Shown here one piece after another: positions 1 to 13,987 of a stretch of 64,000 bases of DNA (the stretch's first letter is position 1; the number at the start of each line of letters is the position of its first letter). The stretch lies in contig OX597835.1 of assembly GCA_951406725.2 (NCBI GenBank), positions 49,538,001 to 49,602,000 on the forward strand, in the 5' to 3' direction. This DNA comes from Octopus vulgaris (lineage: Eukaryota). A program made the position numbers and the translations under genes. The notes beneath the pieces were generated by a model. The model had not been told where the DNA came from and did not search any database. It saw nothing but the letters and a program-made list of their open reading frames with translations.

Positions 1-201
1 ATATATATATACACATATATATATATACACATATATATATATACACACATATATATATATACACACACATATATATATTCACATATACATACATATACAC
101 ACATATATATATATATACATACACATATATATATATACATATGTACATATATATTTACATACACACATACATATATATATACATGCATATATATATATAC
201 A

Positions 202-266
<65 letters not shown>

Positions 267-673
267 TAATAATAATATTAGGGATTATATCCAAACTTAC
301 AGGGAAAAATTAGATTTAGGATTAAATCAAATTTCACAGTATAAATATAAATTAAATTAGAGATAAAACCACAATTAGGCAACTCAAATAGTGATAAACA
401 TAAACCAAACAAAAAATATATATAATTAATATAATATATAATATATATATAAAATATAAAATTTAAAATTTAAATTATTAAAATTTTTAATTTTTAAATT
501 TATATTTAAAAATTTTTACATTTTTAAAAGACACCACCAGGAACAGTGGGCAACGAAAACAGACGGATGAATGAATGGATAGCGAAGCACATCAACAGGC
601 TCTATTTAATCGAGTCTGCATCATACTTATGATGATGATGATGATGATGGTAATAATAATAATTAATAATAAT

Positions 674-883
674 GGGTTCAAATTTTGGCAGAAGGCAGTA
701 CTTTCGCGGGAGGAGATAAGTCGATTACATCGACCCGGTGCTCAACTGGTACTTATTTTATCGACCCCGTAATGATGAAAAGTAAATTTGATTTCGGTGG
801 AGTCAGAACTCAGAACTCAAAGACAGACAAACTGCTACGCATTTTACCCGCGTTTCCTAACGACTCTACCAATTCGCAGCTTT
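674..883 (-). mobile_element. tRNA-derived SINE family A (central GTCGACTTTGCCTTTCATCC..GTCGATAAA..AGTACCAG domain, (ATT)n tail)
   Basis: Reverse-complement match to the many other copies in the window. B-box-like GAGTTC, tail runs into (AAT)n. Confidence 0.8.
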
Positions 884-982
884 AAAATTAAAAATATATA
901 TACATACATGCATGCATGCATCCATACACACACACACGTATGTATGTATGTATGTATGTATGTATGTATGTATGTATGTATG

Positions 983-1014
<32 letters not shown>

Positions 1015-1421
1015 TAAGCACGCACACACAACATACGTTCGTATATTTATGCAAAGCATAAATAAATAAAAGATTTCGGAAAGCCGCACTGATTTCTGTC
1101 AATGTTGAACCCTTAATAGAAACGGATGTGAGGAAATTCGCTGACTTCCCTCTTCGTGGATTAGTTCAAGTGTGTATCACCGAGGAAAGATTTTCCCAGA
1201 TGTGTTCAGGCGAGCATAGATGGCGCTGCTTCCTCGGGAACACGACGCACATAAATAGATAAACGTACACGCATGCTCACACACACACACACACACATGC
1301 TCATAGCTATATATGCGTGTGTTTGCGCGTGTATCTAGTTGTATATGTGCGTGCTTGTGTGCATGAGCGCTTGTTCATGTGTGTGTTGTGTCTGTGTTTG
1401 CCTGTGCTTGGGTGAGTATGT

Positions 1422-1454
<33 letters not shown>

Positions 1455-1616
1455 TGTGAGTTGGTGTAAATACGAATGTTTTCTATATGTAAATAGTCGC
1501 CTGTAATACGTGAAACGTGAAACTCGATGTTTGTTACGGTGTGAAGTGTTCGTTTCGAATACACATGCTATTACATAGGCAGTTACTTTGCTTGGTGTGT
1601 GTGGTTGTGTGCCTAT

Positions 1617-1668
<52 letters not shown>

Positions 1669-2543
1669 GCGTATATGTATGTATTTATGCATGTGTGTAC
1701 GTACACAGACGCGTATTCTCTATGCTTCAAAGTAACGTGTTCCAAATTATACACTTGCTGAATTATTGGAAACAGGATGAAGCTGCTTCAAGGAATTACC
1801 TTCCACCACCAAAAATGGTAACGTTGGTGGAGAATTGAAGATGAAAAGAGAAATAAAAACATTGTCGTCATTCTCCACCTCCATCATTCAAAACAACAAG
1901 CTTGTTGTTATTTAACCCTGCGTCAGTTCTGTCCACGATCGAAAACCTTCCAATTACGACCATCTCGTGCTTTCGCTTATATCTTGTCTTACATAGTTCA
2001 GTTCTTTCTAGAAAAGACGATGGATGTTGAAGGACATTTAGCTGCTATTTTTCGTCGTTCCGGCGATGGTGTTGCTGATGGTAATGGTGTTGGTGATGAT
2101 GATGATGAAAGGGTGTTTGAAAATGCTGTATGTCAGGAAAAGCAAGGAGCTGGATGAGAACAGAGAGAAAAGGGGTGGGGGTTTTTTTTTACTTTCTTTG
2201 GAAGTTTTGGAGGCGTGAAATTTCAGATTTACTTTCCGATTTGTGGAAAATAACACAGTTGATCGGTTCGAGAAGGTCAGGTTACAATTATTTAAAATGA
2301 TTTCATATGTTATGTTTGCACACGCACGCACACGCACACATACATATACACATATTATATGTATTTGTACATTTATATATACACACATTTACATAAGTAC
2401 GCACACACATATACATACGTATACACACATAAGTTTCTGATGAAATGGAAGAATGAATACTCAACACTGCATAGGAAGATAAGAAATTCCTTTTAATTGA
2501 AACTTGTAGTCTGATACCATAGGTTTCGTGCAGACATATTTGC

Positions 2544-3270
2544 TTTAAACGTAGCATGCATGTAACCTAACTTTACTTAAAACTGGAGTGTTTGATTTGA
2601 GTGAATATACTTGCTATTTTTAGCAGGCCGAGCAACCACCATCAAAGTATTCCGCCACTAGCTCAGATGCCGTTGTTGTTGTTCTGTGCATAACTGAGGC
2701 AATAACATTCGTTCAGGCCAAGCTTAAAGTATAGGGTCAGCTGAGACCTTTAGAATATTTTTGGCATACTTAGACGGCAAACTGTTAGAATTTCTAGCAT
2801 GCCGGGGGAAATGCTTTGCGGTATTTCGTCGGTCTTGACGTTTTAAGTTCAAATCCGCCCAGGTCGACTTTGCCTTTTCAACCTTTTGGTATCAATTAAA
2901 TAAGTACCTATTAAACACTGGAGACGATGTAATTGACTTGACCCCCTCCCCCTAACTTGCTGATCTTGTGCTAAAATTTGATACCAATATTTTGGCATTC
3001 TATTTCCATGTCTAGACTCGCTCAGCCTCACCTCGCATCCGGAGCTTTTTGAGAATCGAAACCATCCCCGTTACATCATTGGAAGATCACCCTTTAGATT
3101 CTCATTGATTTTGTTCCAGTTGGGCCAATTTTTAAACGTAGCATGCATGTAACCTATATTTCTTTAAGACTGGACTGTTTGATTTGAGTGAATTTATTTG
3201 CTCTTTCTAGCAGCCTAAGCAACCACGTAAATATTCCGTCAGTAGCTCAGATGGCGTTGTTGTTGTTGTT
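2544..3270 (+). repeat. Diverged direct duplication of ~140 nt (2544-2683 and 3131-3270)
   Basis: Both begin TTTAAACGTAGCATGCATGTAACCTA and end TAGCTCAGATG.CGTTGTTGTTG. Part of an older family with GCTATTTCTAGCAGG pieces also at ~8690, ~14415, ~48380 and ~54995. Confidence 0.85.
2776..2988 (+). mobile_element. SINE family A
   Basis: AGTTCAAATCCGCCCAGGTCGACTTTGCC..AAATAAGTACC. Confidence 0.8.
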
Positions 3271-4017
3271 CATTTATTAGTAGTAGTATAGGTTTCTGTT
3301 GTTGTTGTTGCCCATGCTGCAGCTCACAGAACTTGAAAAGAGTCTGGTATGGAAGAGATTCTATTTTAGAATCTACAAACAATCCATGTTCCGCCCCTCC
3401 ATACACTGCAGGGCACAACTACCGACACGCGAACACCCACCATCGCTTACCTCCCTTACTTTTCCCACTCTCTCTCCTTCCTTATCTTCTCGCATCTTTC
3501 CTTATCATATTTTCTCTTTTTGTCTGTCTCTTTCTCTGTGTCTGTCTGTCTGTCTGTCTCACTCCATCTATTTTCCCTTCTCACTCTCTCTATCTCTCTC
3601 TCTCTTTCTCTGTCTCTGTCTCTCTCTCTCTCTTTCTCTCTCTCACTCACTCAACATCTTGTCTTCTATCTAACACAAACGCACAATACACATATACAGT
3701 TATTTACACATTCATTGATGGTTGATGGATGAAGTGTGTATATGTATATATATATATATATAATATATATGTATATATATATATATATATATACATATAT
3801 AATGTATATAATGTATATATATGGGTGTATGCATATATGTACGTATATATGTACGTATATATGTGTGTGTGTGGTAGAGAGACAGATATGTGTCTCTATC
3901 AATTCCTGTTTGTATATATTTATATAGGTACATATATATGTGTGCCTGTGTGTGTGTGCGCCTTTTTCTATATATCCGTAGTTGTGCGTATAAATATATA
4001 TACGTACGCATGCACGC

Positions 4018-4054
<37 letters not shown>

Positions 4055-4943
4055 CAGAGAGGGCATGAAAAAGAATGAGAGTAAAAAGAGGTGAAAGTAG
4101 TGGGAGCTGCTTAGTTGATAATTAGGGTGTTAACCAATTGATAAATTCAAAGATTTAGTTTAATCCCGAGGTAAATCCACTCTTTTGGAGATAAACAAAA
4201 TCTCTCCTGCCAAAGATAATCACAGAAATTCCACATCAAAAACTAAAAAAATGAAATACCAGCATGAAGTAAACAAATAAAAACAATAATAAGAAGGACA
4301 ACAACAACAACGACAACAATGAAAAGAAGCGGAATAACGACAAAGAATGATTAAACAATTAAAATTTAAGTTTAAGCATCAAGGTAATTAAAGATTTTAT
4401 ATACCCTTTTGATGGCGTAAATTAATATTTACCCGTTAAATGATGGATGTTTAGAGGTCGAAGTTTGCCACCCTGGCTAATATCAGGAAAGGGGCTAATA
4501 TCAGGAAAGGTGACGTTTATAAAATAAAGATAACGCAAATGTAAGACAAAATAAGGAAATGAATATTGAGTTTTCAAAGAAAAATGTTTATTTCCATAAA
4601 ATTGAATTAAATGGAAGAAAATTTTCATAAGTTACTGCTTTTTAAAAATCTTATCTACATAAGCACAATCGACTCTCCGCAAAATTTTATTAAAAAATGG
4701 TGCATTTTTCAAAAAATTTCGAGTATCAAAACACGTAGTGGGACACCAAACTGGAGTCATGTCCCCCATGTTCTCCCCCCTCTCTCTCATTCACTCTCTT
4801 TCTGTTTTTCTCCCTCCATGCCTAGTATACAGTCCCTACATCCTTTATGGTAACTCTCTCTGTATCTCTCTTTTCCTCTTGCTCATGTAAAACATGACTG
4901 AAGTTCTCACCCAACCAAACAACCAGCCAACTTTTCTATCGGC

Positions 4944-5006
<63 letters not shown>

Positions 5007-5386
5007 CATTATTATTATTATTATTACATTGAGGTTGACGTAGCCATTAAGTTACATATCGTGTGTTTTTTAACACAAGGACAACAACGACAGGAACAAA
5101 ACACAAAGACATCAACTACAAAACGGCGCTAGTTTTAAAATTAAGTGCACACCGCATCAAGGAAATTAAGGACTCCTTAAACCGATCCCTATTTATATTT
5201 ATTATTCATTTATTTCTTATTTCTATATTCTTGCCAGTTTTTATCTTTTTTCCCTTTTTCAAAGGCCTTCCCTCAAGGAGGGATCTTTGTCTGATAAGCA
5301 CTGATTAAAAAACATATACTCTGTCCTAGTTTCATTATTATTATTATTTTTATTATTATTTTTATTATTATTATTATTATTATTAT

Positions 5387-5436
<50 letters not shown>

Positions 5437-5495
5437 TTTTTTTTTTTTCTTCTTTCAAATTTGCTTCCATTTCTTGCCGAGTGTCTTCCCGACTC

Positions 5496-5565
<70 letters not shown>

Positions 5566-5726
5566 TATGAAGGCTGTAAGATAGGAGTACAAGTTAAAGC
5601 GGGGTGTACCCTGATGACCAGAAAGAATTGAGAACAGATATTCCCGTTCGAATCTGTCGGAACGTATTTAGAATTGATATATACGTTCGTGTTTCGATTC
5701 TCACTGTTCTGCATGCGCTCCATATC

Positions 5727-5775
<49 letters not shown>

Positions 5776-5875
5776 GATGTAGGCAGGTAGGTACATACAG
5801 ACAGGGTAAGTAAGAAAGACAAATTGCAAGACAACTCATTGACAAAACACCAAGCTTCTTTTAGGACCATCTAAA

Positions 5876-5941
<66 letters not shown>

Positions 5942-6029
5942 TGTTCGCTTTTCTCACTATCGATCATTCTTTTTCTTTCCCTCTCGCTCTCCTCACATTA
6001 TTCTCTCTCCACCCTAATACCTGACTACT

Positions 6030-6130
6030 ATTTGCAAAGTCGACTACGTCAGAATCTGAACTCAGAATGTAAAGAAATGCCACTAAACTTTTTATCTGAG
6101 GCATTAACGATCCTGCCCACACGCTGCCTC
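6030..6130 (-). mobile_element. SINE family A, 5' half
   Basis: GCAAAGTCGAC..TGAACTCAGAA..TAACGATCCTGCC. Confidence 0.65.
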
Positions 6131-6131
6131 G

Positions 6132-6178
<47 letters not shown>

Positions 6179-6305
6179 TAATAGAAAAGAAAAAGAAATA
6201 CAACCGCAGTAACGACAACAACGATTATGATGACTAGAACATTATTATTATTTTTATTATTATTATTATTATTATTATTGTTATTATTATTATTATCATT
6301 GTTAA

Positions 6306-6345
<40 letters not shown>

Positions 6346-7072
6346 GTTGTTGTTGTTGTTGTTGTTGTTATTATTATTATTATTTTCAACAACAACAATA
6401 TTAACAACAGCACTTACAACGAAAACGAAAACCACAATAAGACCAATTACGAGAACAAGAACAACAAGAACAACTACTACTACTACTACTGTAAAGAACA
6501 AGAACAACGCGAACACCATTTGCTACAAAAATATATTAAACAGATAAATGAATGAATGAATGAATAAACACTCAATAAAATATATAAAAGAAATATAAAC
6601 AATGAAATAAAACATTCAAAATAAGATAAACAACTATTACAATAAACAACATAAACTAGAAAAATGAAACCTTATAAAAAAAAATTTGATAGATAAATGC
6701 AAATAAAAACGATAAGAGAAAGAGAGCAGGGAATGAAGAAGAGAATTAGAGACAGAGGGAGTGAAAGACCGTGTGCGAAAAAATGAAGAGAAAAAAACAA
6801 AGAATGAAGGAGGGATAAGGAGCGAGAAAGAAGGCAGAAAAGTCAAATAGAGTGGAGCAATGTAAACCATCGTCTCTTGTCTTCTGTTTGTATTTATCGA
6901 ATCTGCCAAGAAAGTCAGGATCGGCCATTGAAGCGATCGCTTAATAGTAGCAATAATTTCCATTAAAAGTCGCTTCTTGTGTTTGTCTGCGAGAGGTGAC
7001 CACGTTCCCTAAGGTCTCCTCTTGCAATGCTTCAACCTTGGCGATGCAATAGCAGTATTATTATTGTTGTTG

Positions 7073-7142
<70 letters not shown>

Positions 7143-7295
7143 AGGGGTGGGTGCGTAAGAGGTCGGGAGAGGGTAAGGTAGAAGGTATTGTGTGTCTTGC
7201 TGGAGTTGGTGAGGAGGAAGGTGAGGCGGTATTAGGTAGCGGATAATGTGAATGTTTGTATATTTGAGTGGTGGGACGTGTGAGTTTAACGATGT

Positions 7296-7331
<36 letters not shown>

Positions 7332-7627
7332 TGGTGTGGAACAGGGTATGTAGGGATGGAGCGACGTTAATAAACTTGTATTCAAACAATAAATAGCCGG
7401 GTATATCATCATATCATCATCATCATCATCATCATCATATCATCATCATCATCATCGTCATCATCATTTACTCTTTTTACGCGATGGATCTTCTAAACGG
7501 TGTTCCCCTACGTAGTTTACCTTTGTGCCATCCCTAACGCCAAAGGCTTTTGTGGCTAATAAGAAGAATCATCATCATCGTCACCATCATCATCATCATT
7601 ATTATGATCATCATCGTTGTTGTTATT

Positions 7628-7846
7628 AAGGTGGTGAACTGACAGAATCGTTAGCACACTGGGCGAAATAAGTAGCGGCATTTCGTCCGTTTTTAGGCTC
7701 TGAGTTCAAATTCCGCCGAGGTCAATTTTGCCTTTCATCCTTTGTGGGATCGATAAATTAAGTACCAGCTCCGTACTGGTGTCGATCTAATCGACTGCCC
7801 ATCCCCCTCCCCAAAAATTTCGGGCTTTGTACCTACAGTAGAAAAA
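7628..7846 (+). mobile_element. SINE family A, full length, followed by long (ATT)n
   Basis: GAGTTCAAATTCCGCCGAGGTC..GCCTTTCATCC..GATAAATTAAGTACCAG; tail GTACCTACAGTAGAAA. Confidence 0.88.
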
Positions 7847-7935
<89 letters not shown>

Positions 7936-8354
7936 TATTGTTGTTGTTGTTGTTATTGTTATTGTTGTTGTTATTCTTATTATTATTGCATTCAAGTGAG
8001 AAAAACGGCGAATCGTTCTAAAATTCCATGCAGTATTTAAGTTACACCTACTTATGTTTTGTCAAGTTGCAAACAGTGTTTGTGTTTTTGCGGGTCACGG
8101 GGAGAGGGAAGCAATGAAATACCAGTAAAACATTGGGGCTGTTGATGAAACCGAGTAATGTTTGTCGTTAAAAATAGACATGTCTTACTTTGTCTCTAAT
8201 GAAGATATGTAGCTACCTTGAGAGGTAGAAAGGGAGAAATTGTGAGACAGGTGTGCACGGAGTGAGATAGAAAGTGTAAGAAACTGCGAGAAGGGGACGA
8301 TTAAAGAGCAGAAGATGAGATGGCGATTATGAAACGAAAGAGACATAGAGAGAA

Positions 8355-8392
<38 letters not shown>

Positions 8393-9627
8393 GAACAGAC
8401 AGATGCGGGAGAGAAATGAAATATGGCCGTTGAAAAAGAGGAATGTCGTTTGTCAATAAATAAAATGGATACCAAGCAATTAGAAACATGGAAGGACAAT
8501 CATCGTCATCATCTTCATCATCACCAACAACACATCGTCATCGATATCGTCCTGATCATCAACATTGTCATCGTTGTTATTATCGAAAATAATATCATAA
8601 TCAATCATCATCATCATCAACAGCAACAAAATCTACATGAATTGCAACAGTAATATGAGTCCTTAAGTAGGCTTTTACGTGGACGTACCTGTTAGAAATA
8701 GCAAACAATTTTTTCCTCAAATCACTCCCACTGTCTTAAAAAGGAAACTGTGTTGGAGTCATTTCACGACCTCATTTTCAACCAACTGAATTATCTGCTA
8801 TTAAATGTAGGCGGCAATGTATTCCACAAACACGTGGAAAGTTAGCCGCATTCTCAGGTAGAATCAGCTTGACACAATGGCATCTGGTCAACATATGACG
8901 CAGTGGGATCAAACCCAGGTCCTTATGGTTCGGGAACAGACTTCTTAACGATACAGCCACGCACACGCCCCCACACACAAAGGTGTATAATATGTTTAAA
9001 AAGAGAAAAACAAGCAAAAAAAAGTGGCATGGTCACGTTTAGAACTACTTTGGTTTATCAGAGTTGAGTCGACCTAAAGTTAGAGTACATCAACAAATAG
9101 GGCCCAAAACCACAGCAACATCAGCAACAACAACGCTTTCGAAGGTGGGTGGGTAGAGAGTCAATGCTAGTAGATTAAATTGGCACCAGTTTATGACTGG
9201 TACTTCATTTTATCGACGTCTAAGCTCGAGAGGATCCAAACGAAATATCACAAACCGACAAACTGAGCATGCGCAAACTACTGCGTTATGTCACACATAT
9301 TCATGCATAAACACACCTGGCATCAATACCCACCCCCATGCATCACATGTTATAAACATGGGTGGGTACATGTGTGTATTTCTGCGTATGTCTATGCATC
9401 TATCGATATCTATCCATCTCTAGACAGACAGATAGGTGGATAGAGAGATGGATGGATAAATGGATAGATAGGCAAACATATACACACACACATACGCATA
9501 TAAATACATAAACAGACACACATACATACATATATGCCCATGCATGCATATATACAAACAAATACATAGAGACACACGTAAACCTTTCCACTACGTGTCT
9601 TTTAGTCTGAGTGATCTGCATTGATAT

Positions 9628-9686
<59 letters not shown>

Positions 9687-11201
9687 TGCTGTTGTTGTTG
9701 TTGTTGTTGTTGTACAGTTGTACACAGTACAGTACATTACAGGACATGGAATGCCAGCAGCGACTGCAGCGGCCGCATCGTACTCGAGAAAACAACGCCA
9801 CCAGCGCCACCAACGGCAACAAATTTTCGCCGTTTCCGTCGGTCGCCAGTAAATGAACAGATTTCCCTGGGGACAGCGCCAGATCTTGTAGCGGTGCATG
9901 TTTCCACCAAACACGTAGCTAATCAGAGCACCATGCCAGGCTGGCTCTTGCCAACTTTCACTCTTTTGCTTCTTCATTTCGTCGCCACCAGCATCATTGC
10001 CTTCGTCGTCGCCAACATCGACTTCGCCGCCATTAATATCAATAAGGTCGCCATCTCTCCGACGCCATCATAACCGACAACATCGTTTTTGCTTTCATCA
10101 CTAACGTCGCCATCATCATCATCATCATTACCATCACTTTCATTTCCACCACCATTATCAGAACCGACGCCATGTTTACTACCGCTGCCGTCACCATCAC
10201 CGTCCCAACACCACCACCACCCTCATAAGTGCATCATTGTAGCCACCGCCGTCGCCATTAATATCATCCTCATCAATACCACAACCACCATTATCAACAT
10301 TGCGACCACCATCGTCGATGGCATGTCCATCATCATCATCATCATCATCACAACCAACAGTTTCACCATCACTATCGCTAAAATCCTCTTTTCCCTCCAT
10401 CTTCTTTTCCTTTCGTCCGTCTATACAGGTTTTTCATTTCGCTTTTATATATATTGTCAATCGTATATTTTATTTAGCTTTTATTAGGTAGTTCCTCCTG
10501 CTTCGTCTATCCCCCCCCTCTCTCTCTCTCTCTCTAAACCTCTGTCTTTCTCTGTCTTAGACTCTCGCCGTTGCCCTTTTTCTATTAATAATTCCCCATA
10601 CTCACCCCAAACACACACCACCACCGCCTCCCTCTCTTGTAGGTTCAGTAATCCTTACCTTCCCCACTCACTCACCTTACCACTTCTATGTTTTCTTCTT
10701 GCTTCATCTCCCTCTTTATCACACACATTCTCCCCCAGTTTCTTTCGTCCATCACTCGATAACCCTTTCTGTTACTCAATCAGCCTCTCTTCCAATCACT
10801 CAAGCACTCCTTCTCTCACTCATCCAGTCGTTCACTCACTCATTAAATCTCACCCACACTCACAAACTCAGTCAATCGCTTGTCCCCGACTTTCTTTCCC
10901 TTACGACACTCACCAATCGGATAGCTCTTCCTGCCACGAAGTTGGCCGCGGAGGGACTGTCGGGCGCAAAACGTCCGGCTCGGGCGCCCCGACAGTTTGT
11001 CTCCGTCAGAACGGCTTTCGACACAAACTGAATTATGAAGAATAATCTCGACAGAAAGACTAACAGATTGAGTCTAGATAGAGACAGAGAATTGGTGATC
11101 AAGAGGTAGATAGACAGAAAGACAGACTGACAGTGAGGGAGAAAGGGGAAGAGAGTGAGTGGAGTTGACCAAGTGATAGACTAGGAAACCACCAGACAGG
11201 T

Positions 11202-11260
<59 letters not shown>

Positions 11261-11491
11261 GATAGAATAACAAGGTGATCTAGAAGTAGACAGACAGATA
11301 AACTGCGCAAGAGGAAGAGAGACTAACAGAGAAAGACCAAGCGATAAAGAGAGAGTGTAACTGAGAGGTAGACAAAGCGACCAAGATGCATTTTGATAGA
11401 GAGAGGGAGGGGGGAGGAGAAAGAATGAGAGAGAGAAAGGATCAAACAAACAGTGAAATGGAGACGTAGAAACAACTTTTTATTGTCTTTT

Positions 11492-11692
11492 CTCTCTCAC
11501 CCACTTCCAGTAACACTTCTTTTCCTTCTCCCCTCTTTCCCTTCTCCTCCTTAGCCGCCACCACCACCTCTTAGCCTTCTCTCTCACCCACTTCCAGTAA
11601 CACTTCTTTTCCTTCTCCCCTCTTTCCCTTCTCCTCCTTAGCCGCCACCACCACCTCTTAGCCTTCTCTCTCACCCACTTCCAGTAACACTT
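11492..11692 (+). repeat. 87-bp pyrimidine-rich tandem repeat, ~2.3 identical units
   Basis: CCACTTCCAGTAACACTT recurs at 11501, 11588 and 11675. Confidence 0.92.
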
Positions 11693-12310
11693 CCTTATCT
11701 TAGCCTTTTTCTTCTCCCCTCTCTCTCTCCCTCCTCTTCCTTCTCCTCCTTAGTCGTCACCACCGCCTCCATTTACATAGGGAACTCTATTTAGTGAAGG
11801 AAACAGAAAAAGATGGCGGCATTGCCAGCTGTTCTCAATTCCACTTCCTGTTCTACACAAATCCTTATCTCTGCTTTGCTCTCCAGAATCCGTCTTGTTG
11901 TCAGCGATGATGTTGTTGCCGTTGTTGTTGTCGTTGTTGCTGTTGTTGATGACGATGATGACGATGATGATGACGATGGTTGTAGTGGTGGTGTTGGTGG
12001 TGATGATGATGATGATAGCAGGGATCGATGACTACGATGGCTATTATTGTAGTGGTGGATGTAGTAGAGATGATGTCAGTGGTTGTAGTGGCGGCGAGGG
12101 CGACGGCGGGGTCGGCGGCGACGGCGGGGGTAGGGTGGGGTGGGGGTAGTAACGTCGTTTGTTATTGTTGACGAACCTTTTTCATTCTATTTTTTTTTTT
12201 ATCTTTACCCTTCGTTCTACTTTAGCAAGTTCCGTCTCGTTCGGAAGAGATTGGCAGGGTTTCTAATATTACTGAAGTATTTTCACACAGCAACTCCGAG
12301 TTCATCTCTT

Positions 12311-12381
<71 letters not shown>

Positions 12382-13103
12382 ATTTCAATCTCTCACTCTC
12401 TCTCATCGATCGGGTGTGAGGTGGGTGATGACTTCGAGAGAAACAAAAGCAAGATGAAATACAATATAATATCAGAAAAAAAAACACACACATATATATA
12501 TGTATGTGTGTACACATATATAAATATGTATATATAAATACACACGACACACACACACACACACACACATATACATATACATATGTGTATACATGTATGA
12601 ATGTATATACTTATGTTTGCATATATATACATATATAAGTATATATATGTATGTGTATATATATATATATATATATATACATACACACATACGCATGTAA
12701 CATATACATACATAGGTATGTATACACATACGTGCATACATATACACACTCAGATGCACATACAAAAAAAACATTAAAAAAATCAAAAGCAAGTCATAAA
12801 AACAAAAAAAACACATAAAAAACCCAACAATGTTTATTTTGAAGTAAAAATTGAGTTGGAGAGATTTTTGTTTTATTTTTTGTCGTGTTTTTGTGTGAAA
12901 TTGATGGCATTGGTGACCAGTTTTAATGATTGAGAGTGGTGGGCATGTGGAGTGGAAGTAGGATGGGGTGGTTGAACGATAGGATCTCTTCATTTCCGTC
13001 TGGACACTCAGCACAACCCTGACTGACACGACCCACACTTATACATACACACAAATATGTGTTTGGATGCATATGTGTGTGTGAGTGTGTGTATGTGACT
13101 GTG

Positions 13104-13378
<275 letters not shown>

Positions 13379-13404
13379 ATGTGTGTATATGCAAGCAAGT
13401 GTAC

Positions 13405-13443
<39 letters not shown>

Positions 13444-13511
13444 CCTGTTAGGTTGATATATAAAACTGGGATGAGAGAGGAGTAGACAACCGTGTTATGG
13501 ACTGATTCATT

Positions 13512-13592
13512 ATCTTACGACTGTTTCTGCTATAAGATACCATACACTCGTACTTGAGTGTATGAGTACCACCTTTTAGCTTCATCGGAGCT
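13512..13592 (-). ncRNA. Type I hammerhead ribozyme-like motif with long stem II (Penelope-like element remnant)
   Basis: Minus strand: ct-CCGATGA-A-GCTA...CATACACTC-aagtac-GAGTGTATG...TAGC-A-GAAAC-agtc-GTA-ag. Core is CCGAUGA (U4C) and stem I is weak. Confidence 0.62.
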
Positions 13593-13694
13593 TCAAACAT
13601 GAAGTGAATAATGAGTTCGAGCTCCAGGTTATTAGCATCGCAGTACATACATACGTATCGTGACACTCTGTCGGCCCTATCACATACAGGTACA

Positions 13695-13743
13695 ACAGAA
13701 ACAGGGAGAAAGAGTGAAAGTTGTGGTGGAAGAGTACAGCAGG
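13695..13743 (-). mobile_element. Inverted internal fragment of SINE family B
   Basis: Reverse complement resembles 14130-14180 (CCTGCTGTACTCTT..CCACAACTTTC). Confidence 0.6.
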
Positions 13744-13775
13744 ATATATATATGTTATATATATATACCTGTGTA

Positions 13776-13813
13776 TCTTTCTGTTGAAGAGCGTAGGCTC
13801 GAAACGTTAAAGA
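13776..13813 (+). ncRNA. Minimal type I hammerhead ribozyme-like motif (Penelope-like element type)
   Basis: TCTTT-CTGTTGA-A-GAGC-gtag-GCTC-GAA-ACGT-T-AAAGA: 5-bp stem I, 4-bp stem II, palindromic ACGT stem III, core A6U. Confidence 0.7.
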
Positions 13814-13940
13814 CTTGTTTTATTTATATTTCCTGAGCGCCATACTAATACAATTGTTTGTTTGTTTTCCACCTGCCTTCGTCTTTTGTCTATTTTCATA
13901 AAGCTTCCCGTTATATATATATATATATATATACATACAG

Positions 13941-13986
<46 letters not shown>

Positions 13987-13987
<1 letters not shown>

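Noticed and set aside
2432-2512. CTGATGA...GAAAC-ttgta-GTC, a canonical hammerhead core order
   Set aside because: Stem I cannot form (AAGTTT vs TGATAC) and stem II is weak; likely chance or too decayed to call.
9740-9960. GC-richer block after TTACAG, possible exon
   Set aside because: Poor pyrimidine tract, no clear donor, and no recognisable peptide in any frame.
11492-11692. CRISPR-like repeat array
   Set aside because: Contiguous identical tandem units without unique spacers, in eukaryotic context with no cas genes.
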